A stretch of DNA of 63,397 bases, filler included, from Coriobacteriales bacterium (lineage in GTDB: Bacteria > Actinomycetota > Coriobacteriia > Coriobacteriales > UBA8131), in assembly GCA_031263105.1 (NCBI GenBank). It is 7 parts of 7 records of this genome, joined end to end, with 100 filler letters (N's around TTAATTAATTAA, not from the genome) between each part and the next. Parts side by side here need not be neighbours in the genome. Positions count along the whole stretch, not along the records: positions 35,233 to 39,811 come from JAISGJ010000190.1; positions 39,912 to 44,974 come from JAISGJ010000196.1; positions 45,075 to 52,638 come from JAISGJ010000202.1; 4 more parts are not named here. The stretch is one strand, 5' to 3'. A model generated the notes under the pieces. The model saw only the letters and a program-made list of their open reading frames with translations. It ran no database searches and was not told the origin of the DNA. Shown here piece after piece: positions 39,158 through 47,950 of this stretch (its first letter is position 1; each line of letters begins with the position of its first letter). The translations under genes and the position numbers were made by a program.

Positions 39158-39796
39158 TTATATCAACTCCTTCCATGTTGCGATCTCAGATGAGAGGATG
39201 TAGACCGTCGCGGGCTGAGCGCCTGTGTTGTCGGTCAGGTGATGCGTTGCCCTGCCTTCCGTTTGCGCCGCTGCCAAGACCTTCGAAGCCCCTGAGTCGG
39301 GGTCGTTGAGGTCGCCGAAGTAGCGTGCACCACAGGCGCAGTTGTGCACGCAGGGCGGCACGGCATGGGCCGTGTCATAGGAGTCGGCGATGTTCTCGTT
39401 GCCGTCGGAGGCAGCCGTGATGTGGTTGCACAGCGTGCACTTCTCCACCACGCCCTGCTCCTCATTGAACTGACGCACGCCGTAGGGGCAGGCGTACAGA
39501 CAGTACTTGCAGCCGATGCACTTCTCCTTGTCGATAAGCACCACGTTGTTATCGGGGTCGCGATAGCTGGCGCCGGTGGGGCAAACGCCCACGCAGGGGG
39601 AGTTCTCGCACTGTTGGCACTGCACGGGCAGCCAGTACATATCGATTTCTGGGTATTCGCCAGAAGGGCCAATGGCCAGAACACGGTTCCAGTAGTTGCC
39701 CAGGGCAACGCCGTTTTCGAACTTGCAGGCGACGATACAGGAGTCGCAGCCTGAACACCGGTCGAGGTCTATTACCAGGGCTCTTTTCTGTGCCAT
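39158..39796 (-). CDS. DmsB-like 4Fe-4S subunit
   Basis: CSGCDSCIVAC, CQQCENSPCVGVCP, CIGCKYCLYACP; catalytic subunit not on this contig. Confidence 0.92.
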   Translation of the reverse strand: MAQKRALVIDLDRCSGCDSCIVACKFENGVALGNYWNRVLAIGPSGEYPEIDMYWLPVQCQQCENSPCVGVCPTGASYRDPDNNVVLIDKEKCIGCKYCLYACPYGVRQFNEEQGVVEKCTLCNHITAASDGNENIADSYDTAHAVPPCVHNCACGARYFGDLNDPDSGASKVLAAAQTEGRATHHLTDNTGAQPATVYILSSEIATWKELI

Positions 39797-40043
39797 TAGT
39801 GACCACCTCCTNNNNNNNNNNNNNNNNNNNNNNNNNNNNNNNNNNNNNNNNNNNNTTAATTAATTAANNNNNNNNNNNNNNNNNNNNNNNNNNNNNNNNN
39901 NNNNNNNNNNNCGCCCGCGCGCCACAGTCTCGCGACTCGAGCAATCGGAGCAGGAGAAGTGCTGATTGTATGCCCTCAAGCTGCTATCATGTCGTCATGA
40001 GCTTGTACGCGACGAAACACCGACGGATCAGAGAGGACGGAAG

Positions 40044-41411
40044 ATGAGGATAGAGGAACTGGAGAGCGGGCAGGCGCCGACCCCGGACATGTTGAGGAGG
40101 ACGGGTGCGGCCGGCACCGAGGCCCTTGAGGCGGCGGCGCGCATCGTCGCCGACGTGCGCACGCGCGGCGACGAGGCGGTTCGTGCCTACAGCCTCGAGT
40201 TCGACAAGGCCGCACCGGAGCCCTTCCGCCTCTCGCGGGAGGACATGCAGCGCCTCGTCAGGCAGGTCCCGGTGCGCACGCAGGAGCTGCTTTCCCGCGC
40301 CGCCGCCCGCATCCGCTCCTTCCACGAGCGGCAGGTCCAACAGAGCTGGTTCGTGACGCGCCCCGACGGCGCGCTGCTCGGCAGCCGCGTGACGCCGCTT
40401 GCGAGCGTGGGCGTCTACGCGCCGGGAGGAAGGGCGTCCTATCCCTCGACGGTGCTGATGAACGCCATCCCTGCGCAGGTCGCGGGCGTGAGGCGCATCG
40501 CGCTGGCCACGCCCCCGCGCCCCGACGGCAGCATCGCCCCCGTCGTTGCCGCAGCGGCGCACATCGCGGGCGTCAACGACATTTACGCCGTCGGCGGCGC
40601 ACAGGCCATCGCCGCCCTCGCCTACGGGACGGACGAGATAGCCGCCGTCGACAAGATATGCGGCCCGGGCAACGCCTACGTCACGGCCGCGAAGCGCCTG
40701 GTGTACGGCGACGTGGGCATCGACATGACGGCCGGGCCCTCGGAGGTGCTCATCCTGGCGGACGAGACCTCCGACCCCTCGCTCGTCGCCATCGACCTCC
40801 TCGCCCAGGCGGAGCACGACCCGCAGGCGGCCACCTACCTCGTCACCACCGACGAGGAGCTCGTCGACGAGGTGATCGAGGAGGTCGAGCGCTTCCTCAA
40901 CAAGAGCCCCCGTCAGGAGGTCACGAAGCGCTCGATCGACGACAACTGCCTCGTCCTCGTCTGCCCCGACCTTGCGACCGCCCTGCTCGCCGCCAACACC
41001 ATCGCACCTGAGCACCTCGAGATACAGATGGACCAGCCGCTCGAGCTTCTGGGCCTCATCGAGAACGCCGGAGCCGTCTTCCTCGGCCCTTGGACGCCCG
41101 AGAGCGTGGGCGACTACATCGCCGGGCCCAACCACACCCTGCCGACCGGCGGGACGGCGCGCTTCGCCAGCCCGCTCTCCGTCGATGACTTCGTCAAGCG
41201 CACGAGCGTGCTCAGCTACTCCTATGCCGCCCTGCAGGCCGACGCGCCCGACATCCGCGCCCTCGCGGCGACGGAAGGGCTCTGGGCGCACGCCAGGGCC
41301 GTCGAAGTGCGCTTCGAGACCGGCTATGACGAGGACGGGAAGGACGAGGACGGGGCGGGCGACGAGGCCGCCGAGGCCGCCGAGGGCGACGAAGGCGGGT
41401 ACGACGACTGA
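40044..41411 (+). CDS. hisD: Histidinol dehydrogenase
   Basis: [32 protein letters not shown]. Confidence 0.96.
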   Translation: MRIEELESGQAPTPDMLRRTGAAGTEALEAAARIVADVRTRGDEAVRAYSLEFDKAAPEPFRLSREDMQRLVRQVPVRTQELLSRAAARIRSFHERQVQQSWFVTRPDGALLGSRVTPLASVGVYAPGGRASYPSTVLMNAIPAQVAGVRRIALATPPRPDGSIAPVVAAAAHIAGVNDIYAVGGAQAIAALAYGTDEIAAVDKICGPGNAYVTAAKRLVYGDVGIDMTAGPSEVLILADETSDPSLVAIDLLAQAEHDPQAATYLVTTDEELVDEVIEEVERFLNKSPRQEVTKRSIDDNCLVLVCPDLATALLAANTIAPEHLEIQMDQPLELLGLIENAGAVFLGPWTPESVGDYIAGPNHTLPTGGTARFASPLSVDDFVKRTSVLSYSYAALQADAPDIRALAATEGLWAHARAVEVRFETGYDEDGKDEDGAGDEAAEAAEGDEGGYDD

Positions 41412-42637
41412 TGCAGCGTGTGCGCCCCTCCGCCCCGCAGCTTGCCGGCCTCGCCCCCTATGACCCCGGGCACCTGCCGGCACGCGCCTGTCTCAATGCG
41501 AACGAGAGCGCCTACGCCCTGTCGGCTGCGGCCACGTGCGCGCTGGCGCAGGCGGTCTGCGGCCGCCTCCTTCAGCGCTACCCCGACCCCTTGGCCCGCG
41601 ACCTGCGCGCGCGGATAGCCGCGCTCCACGGTGTGGGAGAAGAGCGGATCCTTGTGGGCAACGGCGGCGACGAGCTGCTGTTCGACCTCGCGCTCGCCTA
41701 TGGCGGCCCCGGACGGACCCTGCTCGTGGCCCCGCCCTCCTTCTCCTCCTACGAGACGGATGCCCGCCTCACCGGCACCGCCCTCTGCGAGCTTCCCCGC
41801 GTGGAGGCCGCCGCCTCGGACGATGCGACTTTCGGAGGGGGTTCGAGCACCCGGGAAACGCACTGCGTTTCCAGCGAGAACGGGCCGACAGGCCCCCGTA
41901 GGGGGGGCGGGGTGGTCTCCACCCCCACCGCTCCCGATGCGGGCACCCTCGCCACCTTCGCACCCGACGGGCCCGCGCTCGCAGGCCGCGTCTCCCAGGG
42001 GGACATCGACCTCGTCATGCTCGCCTCCCCCAACAACCCCACAGGCGACGCGCTGACTGAGCGCTTCGTCAGCGACCTGCTGGATGCGAGCGATGCGCTG
42101 GTGCTCATCGACCAGGCCTACGTCGAGTTCGCGGACGCGCGCTTCGACCTGGTGCGGCTCCTCGACGCGCACGAGAACCTCGCCATCCTGCGCACCTTCT
42201 CGAAGGCCTACGCGCTCGCGGGCGCCCGCCTAGGCTACCTGCTGGCCTCCGAGACGGTCATAGGGGAGCTCTGCAAGGTGCGCCAGCCCTATTCCGTCGA
42301 CGCGTTCTCGGCGCTCGCGGGCCAGGCGGCCTTGGACGCCCAAGGGGAGGTGGACGACGCCGTCTCCGCAACCGTCGGCGAGCGTGCGCGTCTCTCGCGG
42401 GCCCTTGCGCTCATGCCTGGCGTCACGGTGTTCGCGAGCGAGGCGAACTTCGTCCTGTTCCGGGTCGCCGACGCGCACCGCATCTGGCAGCGCCTGTACG
42501 ACGAGCACGGCATCCTGCTGCGCGACTTCTCGTCCGCGCCGCAGCTGACGGACTGTCTGCGGGTCAGCGTCGGCACCCCGCAGGAGAACGATGCGTTCCT
42601 CGACGCGCTCACAGGACTGACAGGAGGTCCGGCATGA
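41411..42637 (+). CDS. hisC: Histidinol-phosphate aminotransferase with about 45-aa insertion
   Basis: LNANE, GNGGDE, SPNNPTG, RTFSKAYALAGARLG. Confidence 0.93.
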   Translation: MQRVRPSAPQLAGLAPYDPGHLPARACLNANESAYALSAAATCALAQAVCGRLLQRYPDPLARDLRARIAALHGVGEERILVGNGGDELLFDLALAYGGPGRTLLVAPPSFSSYETDARLTGTALCELPRVEAAASDDATFGGGSSTRETHCVSSENGPTGPRRGGGVVSTPTAPDAGTLATFAPDGPALAGRVSQGDIDLVMLASPNNPTGDALTERFVSDLLDASDALVLIDQAYVEFADARFDLVRLLDAHENLAILRTFSKAYALAGARLGYLLASETVIGELCKVRQPYSVDAFSALAGQAALDAQGEVDDAVSATVGERARLSRALALMPGVTVFASEANFVLFRVADAHRIWQRLYDEHGILLRDFSSAPQLTDCLRVSVGTPQENDAFLDALTGLTGGPA

Positions 42638-43359
42638 AGGAGGCAGCTGCACCCGCAACGCCCGTAGGGGGCGGCGTCCCCGACGCCCCGTCGCCCGGCG
42701 CACCCCCCGCAGCGCCCGACACGCCGTCGGCTGCACCCACGATAGCGGCGGCGGCATCCGGCACGGCACCTGTGCGCTCGGCCGTCATCGAGCGCACGAC
42801 CAAGGAGACGGCGGTCGTCTGCGCCCTCACGCTCGAAGGGAGCGGGCGGACGAGCGTCGCCACCGGCGTGCCCTTCTTCGACCACATGCTCGACGCGATG
42901 GGCCGCCACGGCCTGTTCGACCTCTCTGTCGGGGCCAAGGGCGACCTCGAGGTCGACGCGCACCACACCGTCGAGGACGTGGGGATAACCCTCGGGGCCG
43001 CGCTCGACCGCTGCCTCGGCGGGCGGGAGGGCATCGCCCGCTACGGCGACGCACTTGTCCCCATGGACGAGGCGCTGGTGCTCGCCGCCGTCGACATCAG
43101 CGGGCGCGGGCAGCTGCACTGGGACGTCGAGCTGCCCATCGAGTTCATCGGCAGCTTCGACACGTCGCTGTTCAAGGAGTTCCTCATCGCGCTCGCCTCC
43201 AACGCGGGCCTCACGCTGCACGTGCGCTCCCTTGCGGGGGAGAACGCGCACCACATCATCGAGGCGGCCGCCAAGGCCTGCGCCCGTGCGCTGAGCGTCG
43301 CAGTCGCCCTCGACGAGCGCGTCGGCGACCGGGTCCCCTCGACGAAGGGCACGCTCTGA
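42634..43359 (+). CDS. hisB: Imidazoleglycerol-phosphate dehydratase with Pro/Ala N-terminal extension
   Basis: RTTKET, FFDHML, HHTVED, NAHHIIE, STKG. Confidence 0.95.
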   Translation: MKEAAAPATPVGGGVPDAPSPGAPPAAPDTPSAAPTIAAAASGTAPVRSAVIERTTKETAVVCALTLEGSGRTSVATGVPFFDHMLDAMGRHGLFDLSVGAKGDLEVDAHHTVEDVGITLGAALDRCLGGREGIARYGDALVPMDEALVLAAVDISGRGQLHWDVELPIEFIGSFDTSLFKEFLIALASNAGLTLHVRSLAGENAHHIIEAAAKACARALSVAVALDERVGDRVPSTKGTL

Positions 43360-44039
43360 TGGCCTTTGTTGTCATCGACTATCGCAAAGGCAACATCCGC
43401 AGCGTCCAGAAGGCCTTGGAACTCGCGGGCGTCGAGGCACGCATCAGCGAAGACCCGCACGAGATAGCGTGCGCGGACGCCCTGGTGCTGCCCGGCGTGG
43501 GTGCCTTCGCCGACGCGGCGGGCTTTATGGAGACAAGCGGGCAGATGGCCGCCGTCCGCGACGCCATCGCGCGCGGCGTGCCCTTCCTCGGCATCTGCCT
43601 GGGGCTCCACCTGCTCCTCGAGCAGGGGGAGGAGGGCGTGCCCCAGGTGCGCTCCCGGGACGTGCCGGACGCGTCCTGGGCATGCGGCATCGGTGCCCTT
43701 GCCGGCCACGTGCGGCGCATCGACCGTGTGGCGCCGGACGGCACGGCCCGCAAGGTGCCGCACGTCGGCTGGAACCAGGTGCGCCTCGTGCCGGGGGCGG
43801 AGGCCGCCTGCGCCCCGCTGTTCGCAGGCATCGAGGACGGCTCGAACTTCTATTTCACGCACTCGTACCAAGGGGTGCCCGCCCGCTCCGACGCGGTGCT
43901 CGCCACCGTGACGCACGCGAGCACGATGCCCGCCGTCATCGCTCGCGGGAGGGTCTTCGGCGTGCAGTTCCACCCGGAGAAGAGCTCCCACAAGGGCCTG
44001 CGGCTCCTGAGGAACTTCGTCGATCTCGCACAGAACTAG
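43359..44039 (+). CDS. hisH: IGP synthase glutaminase subunit
   Basis: LPGVGAF, GICLG, PHVGWN, QFHPEKS. Confidence 0.95.
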   Translation: MAFVVIDYRKGNIRSVQKALELAGVEARISEDPHEIACADALVLPGVGAFADAAGFMETSGQMAAVRDAIARGVPFLGICLGLHLLLEQGEEGVPQVRSRDVPDASWACGIGALAGHVRRIDRVAPDGTARKVPHVGWNQVRLVPGAEAACAPLFAGIEDGSNFYFTHSYQGVPARSDAVLATVTHASTMPAVIARGRVFGVQFHPEKSSHKGLRLLRNFVDLAQN

Positions 44040-44063
44040 AGGAACGAGCAAAGGAGTGCCTGC

Positions 44064-44807
44064 ATGTACCTTCTTCCCGCGATAGACCTGCTCGGCGGCA
44101 AGGTGGTGCGCCTCGCCCGGGGCGACTACGACGCCGTGACCGTCTACAGCGACGACCCCGTCGAACAGGCGAGCCGCTTCAGCGCCGAGGGCGCGCAGTG
44201 GCTCCACGTCGTGGATCTCGACGGGGCGCGGACGGGCGTGCCCGCCAACAGCGCCGTCGTCGAGGCCGTCATCGCGGCGACCGGCCTGAAGGTCGAGGTC
44301 GGCGGGGGAGTGCGCTCGCTTGAGGCCCTTGAGCGGCTCGCGTCCGCAGGCGCCTCCCGCGTGGTGCTCGGCACGCGGCTCGCCACCGACCCGGGCTTCG
44401 CGCGTGAGGCCGCCGCCCGCTACGGCGACCTCGTCTGCGCCGGCGTGGACGCACGCGCAGGCGAGGTCGCCATCGAGGGCTGGCGCGAGGGAGCGGGCGT
44501 CGCGGCCACCGAGCTCGTCGCAGGCCTTGCGGCTTTGGGCATCCGCCATCTCGTCTACACCGACATCGTGCGCGACGGCATGCAGACCGGCATCGACGCG
44601 GAGGCCTACCGGCGGATGGCGCGCTGTGCGGGCTTCCCCGTCACGGCCTCCGGCGGCATCGCCGCCCTCGACGACCTCAGAGCGCTCGCGGCGCTGGGAG
44701 ACAAGGCCATAGAGGGCGTCATCGTCGGTCGCGCCCTCTACGAGGGCAGCTTCACCGTCCACGAGGCGCTGGGTGCGCTCGGTGCCTTTGGGACGAAAGA
44801 GCCGTGA
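44064..44807 (+). CDS. hisA: ProFAR isomerase
   Basis: PAIDLLGGKVVRL, HVVDLDGA, GGGVRS, TDIVRDG. Confidence 0.95.
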   Translation: MYLLPAIDLLGGKVVRLARGDYDAVTVYSDDPVEQASRFSAEGAQWLHVVDLDGARTGVPANSAVVEAVIAATGLKVEVGGGVRSLEALERLASAGASRVVLGTRLATDPGFAREAAARYGDLVCAGVDARAGEVAIEGWREGAGVAATELVAGLAALGIRHLVYTDIVRDGMQTGIDAEAYRRMARCAGFPVTASGGIAALDDLRALAALGDKAIEGVIVGRALYEGSFTVHEALGALGAFGTKEP

Positions 44808-44853
44808 CCCCCTCAATCGTTTTACTGAACATCTCTCTTGCTCGACCTCTGGC

Positions 44854-44974
44854 GTTACTGTTCACCCCCCACTGTCATCCCGAGTCCCCACTGCCACCCC
44901 GGCCCCCCACTGTCGCCCCGGCCCCCCGCTGTCGCCCCGCCCCCCCGCTGTCGCCCCGGCCCCCCGCTGTCGCC
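44854..44974. repeat. Family A left arm with degenerate 19-nt units
   Basis: gttactgttcacccccactgtcatcccgag then GC-enriched tandem units. Confidence 0.85.
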
Positions 44975-45074
44975 NNNNNNNNNNNNNNNNNNNNNNNNNN
45001 NNNNNNNNNNNNNNNNNNTTAATTAATTAANNNNNNNNNNNNNNNNNNNNNNNNNNNNNNNNNNNNNNNNNNNN

Positions 45075-45117
45075 CTCGGCAGGCTCGGGATGACAGTGGG
45101 GTGTGAACAGGAACAGT
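45075..45117. repeat. Family A right arm
   Basis: ctcggcaggctcgggatgacagtggggtgtgaacag. Confidence 0.85.
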
Positions 45118-45192
45118 ACTACTGCCCTGCGAGTAAAAAGACCCTATACTGTAAGGTTCGCCCCAAGGTTCGCCCCAAGAGGAAGGAAGACC

Positions 45193-46614
45193 GTGACAGA
45201 GGCTTTGGACACACAACCCGCCCCCGACGCACAGCCCGCCCCCGACACGCAGCCTGCTCCCGACGCGCAGCCTGTCCCCGACACGCAGCTCGCCCCTGAG
45301 ATAGAGATGCTCGAGCCGGAGCTCGACAAGCTCGTGAAGGAGTACCGCAAGGTCGGCTCCATCGCCGAGGAGGAGGCCAAGGAGTTCTTCTCCGACTACG
45401 ACCTCTCCGAGGCGCAGATGGCGGCCGTGTTCTCCTACCTGCACACACAGGAGATAGCGGTCGAGCACGAGCTCGACGAGCAGGAGATGGAGCTCCCCGC
45501 CGGGGTCGTGCCCGTCGGGATCGACGACGACGACGTGGCGGAGAGCCTCTCCGACGAGGAGATACTGGAGGGCATACCCGAGGACGAGCTGAAGTCCGCC
45601 GAGGGCATCGACGTCGTGCTGCCCAAGGTCAGCACGCGCACGAGCAAGGCGGCCAAGAAGCGCCAGGTCTCCGATTCCAGCACCATACTGCTCACCGGCG
45701 ACCCCGTGCGCATGTACCTCAAGGAGATAGGGAAGGTCAGCCTGCTCACCGCCGCCGAGGAGATAGACCTCGCGATGAAGATCGAGGCAGGCCTCGAGGC
45801 ATCCAACCAGCTCGAGGAGGCCTATTACAAGAAGGTCGAGCTCGAGCGCAGGGAGAAGCGCCGCCTCACGCGGGTCGAGCAGGTGGGGCTTGACGCGAAG
45901 CAGCAGCTCATAGAGGCGAACCTCCGCCTCGTGGTCTCCATCGCCAAGCGCTACGTGGGGCGCGGCATGCTCTTCCTCGACCTCATACAGGAGGGCAACC
46001 TCGGCCTCATCCGCGCCGTCGAGAAGTTCGACTACACCAAGGGCTTCAAGTTCTCCACCTATGCGACCTGGTGGATACGGCAGGCCATAACCCGGGCCAT
46101 CGCCGACCAGGCGCGCACCATCCGCATCCCCGTGCATATGGTGGAGACGATCAACAAGCTCGTGCGCATCCAGCGCCAGCTGCTCCAGGAGCTCGGCCGC
46201 GAGCCGACCCCCGAGGAGATCGGCGACCGCATGGGCATGCCTGCCGACCGCATCCGCGAGATACAGAAGATATCGCAGGAGCCGGTCTCGCTCGAGACCC
46301 CCATAGGGGAGGAGGAGGACAGCCAGCTCGGCGACTTCATCGAGGACAGCGCCGCCGTGGTGCCGCCCGACGCCGCGAGCTTCTCGATGCTGCAGGAGCA
46401 GCTCGGCAAGGTGCTCGACGGCCTGGCGGAGCGCGAGCGCAAGGTCATCTCGCTGCGCTTCGGCCTGGAGGACGGGCATCCCCGCACCCTGGAGGAGGTG
46501 GGCAGGGAGTTCGGCGTCACGCGTGAGCGCATCCGCCAGATCGAGAGCAAGACGCTCGCGAAGCTGCGGCACCCCTCCCGTTCGAGCAAGCTCAAGGACT
46601 ATCTGGAGGAATGA
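45193..46614 (+). CDS. rpoD: Primary sigma factor
   Basis: [54 protein letters not shown]-terminal D(T/A)QPAP repeats. Confidence 0.97.
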   Translation: MTEALDTQPAPDAQPAPDTQPAPDAQPVPDTQLAPEIEMLEPELDKLVKEYRKVGSIAEEEAKEFFSDYDLSEAQMAAVFSYLHTQEIAVEHELDEQEMELPAGVVPVGIDDDDVAESLSDEEILEGIPEDELKSAEGIDVVLPKVSTRTSKAAKKRQVSDSSTILLTGDPVRMYLKEIGKVSLLTAAEEIDLAMKIEAGLEASNQLEEAYYKKVELERREKRRLTRVEQVGLDAKQQLIEANLRLVVSIAKRYVGRGMLFLDLIQEGNLGLIRAVEKFDYTKGFKFSTYATWWIRQAITRAIADQARTIRIPVHMVETINKLVRIQRQLLQELGREPTPEEIGDRMGMPADRIREIQKISQEPVSLETPIGEEEDSQLGDFIEDSAAVVPPDAASFSMLQEQLGKVLDGLAERERKVISLRFGLEDGHPRTLEEVGREFGVTRERIRQIESKTLAKLRHPSRSSKLKDYLEE

Positions 46615-46615
46615 C

Positions 46616-47593
46616 ATGGAAGGGAACAGCATGCGTGACATCGGAAGCGCGGAGGACAGGGACGGCGAGGGCCCGGCCGGCGGCGGCGCCCCGGCGCAGG
46701 GCGCGGCGGGCGCTTCGGCCCCCGGCTCCGCCCCGGCACCAGAGCCGGACCCGGCAGAGGACTGCGACAACGCCTGCTCGTCCTGCGAGGCGGACTGTTC
46801 GAGCCGCAGCGGGCCTGCGGACCTGAAGGCGCCGCTCAACGCGCAGACGCGCATCGGGCACACCATCGCCGTCGTGAGCGGCAAGGGCGGGGTCGGCAAG
46901 TCGCTGGTCACCGCGCTCATCGCCTCGGCGCTCAGCCGGGCGGGCCATCGCGTCGGCGTCCTCGACGCGGACATCACCGGCCCCTCGGTTCCTCGCGCCT
47001 TCGGGGTCGCAGAGAAGCTGCGCGCCAACGCCCAGGGCATCCTGCCCTCCGTCAGCACGGGCGGCATCCAGGTTGTCTCGACGAACCTCGTGCTGCCCGA
47101 CGACACGACCCCCGTGCTCTGGCGCGGCAGCATCATATCCGGCATGGTCCGGCAGTTCTACAGCGAGGTCGTCTGGGGCGACCTCGACTACCTGCTCATC
47201 GACATGCCCCCCGGCACGGGCGACGTGCCGCTGACGGTCTACCAGTCGCTCGCCATCGACGGCGTGGTCGTCGTCACCGCCCCGCAGGGCCTCGTCTCCA
47301 TGATCGTGGGCAAGGCCATCCACATGGCGGCCACCATGGACGTGGAGGTGCTCGGCATCGTCGAGAACATGGCCTACTTCGAGTGCCCCGGCTGCGGCCG
47401 GCGCCACGACGTCTTCGGCGCGGGCAGCATAGACGAGACGGCCGCAGAGCACGGCATAGAACTGATAGGGAGGATACCGGTGATCCCCGACCTCGCCCGT
47501 CACATGGACGAGGGCACCATCGAGCGCCCCGAGGCCGCCGTCCCCGCCCTGGCCCCCTTCATCGACGCCCTCGTCGCCAAGGTGGAGGGTTAG
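46616..47593 (+). CDS. mrp: Mrp/NBP35 (ApbC) Fe-S carrier ATPase
   Basis: SGKGGVGKS, DADITGPS, DMPPGTGD, ENMAYFECPGC. Confidence 0.93.
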   Translation: MEGNSMRDIGSAEDRDGEGPAGGGAPAQGAAGASAPGSAPAPEPDPAEDCDNACSSCEADCSSRSGPADLKAPLNAQTRIGHTIAVVSGKGGVGKSLVTALIASALSRAGHRVGVLDADITGPSVPRAFGVAEKLRANAQGILPSVSTGGIQVVSTNLVLPDDTTPVLWRGSIISGMVRQFYSEVVWGDLDYLLIDMPPGTGDVPLTVYQSLAIDGVVVVTAPQGLVSMIVGKAIHMAATMDVEVLGIVENMAYFECPGCGRRHDVFGAGSIDETAAEHGIELIGRIPVIPDLARHMDEGTIERPEAAVPALAPFIDALVAKVEG

Positions 47594-47949
47594 CCCTTGG
47601 GCGGCACCCAGAGGTACTGCCAGGGCTTTGCCGCAAGGTCCTTCGCGAGCTCCTCGACGGGGCCGAACTTCAGGATGTCTGCCTGGCAGTGGTGGACGCA
47701 GCTCGGCTTCTTGCCCTTGCCGACGCGCTCCGCGCACAGGTCGCAGACCAGGGTGAACGCAGGGACGAAGTCGTAGACGTACCGGTCGGTCTCCTCGCCC
47801 TCCTTGTCCTTGACGGGCCAGGGCCCCTGCTGCATGACCTTGACCCCCCACTGGTTCAGGTACAGGTCGTGCTCGGACTGACAGGCGATCTCGCAGGAAT
47901 AGCAGCCGGTGCAGTACTGGTAGTCCACCAGTATCCCGTGACGGGCCAT
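47590..47949 (-). CDS. Small 4Fe-4S subunit of the molybdoenzyme
   Basis: CTGCYSCEIAC, CDLC, PSCVHHC. Confidence 0.88.
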   Translation of the reverse strand: MARHGILVDYQYCTGCYSCEIACQSEHDLYLNQWGVKVMQQGPWPVKDKEGEETDRYVYDFVPAFTLVCDLCAERVGKGKKPSCVHHCQADILKFGPVEELAKDLAAKPWQYLWVPPKG

Positions 47950-47950
47950 C

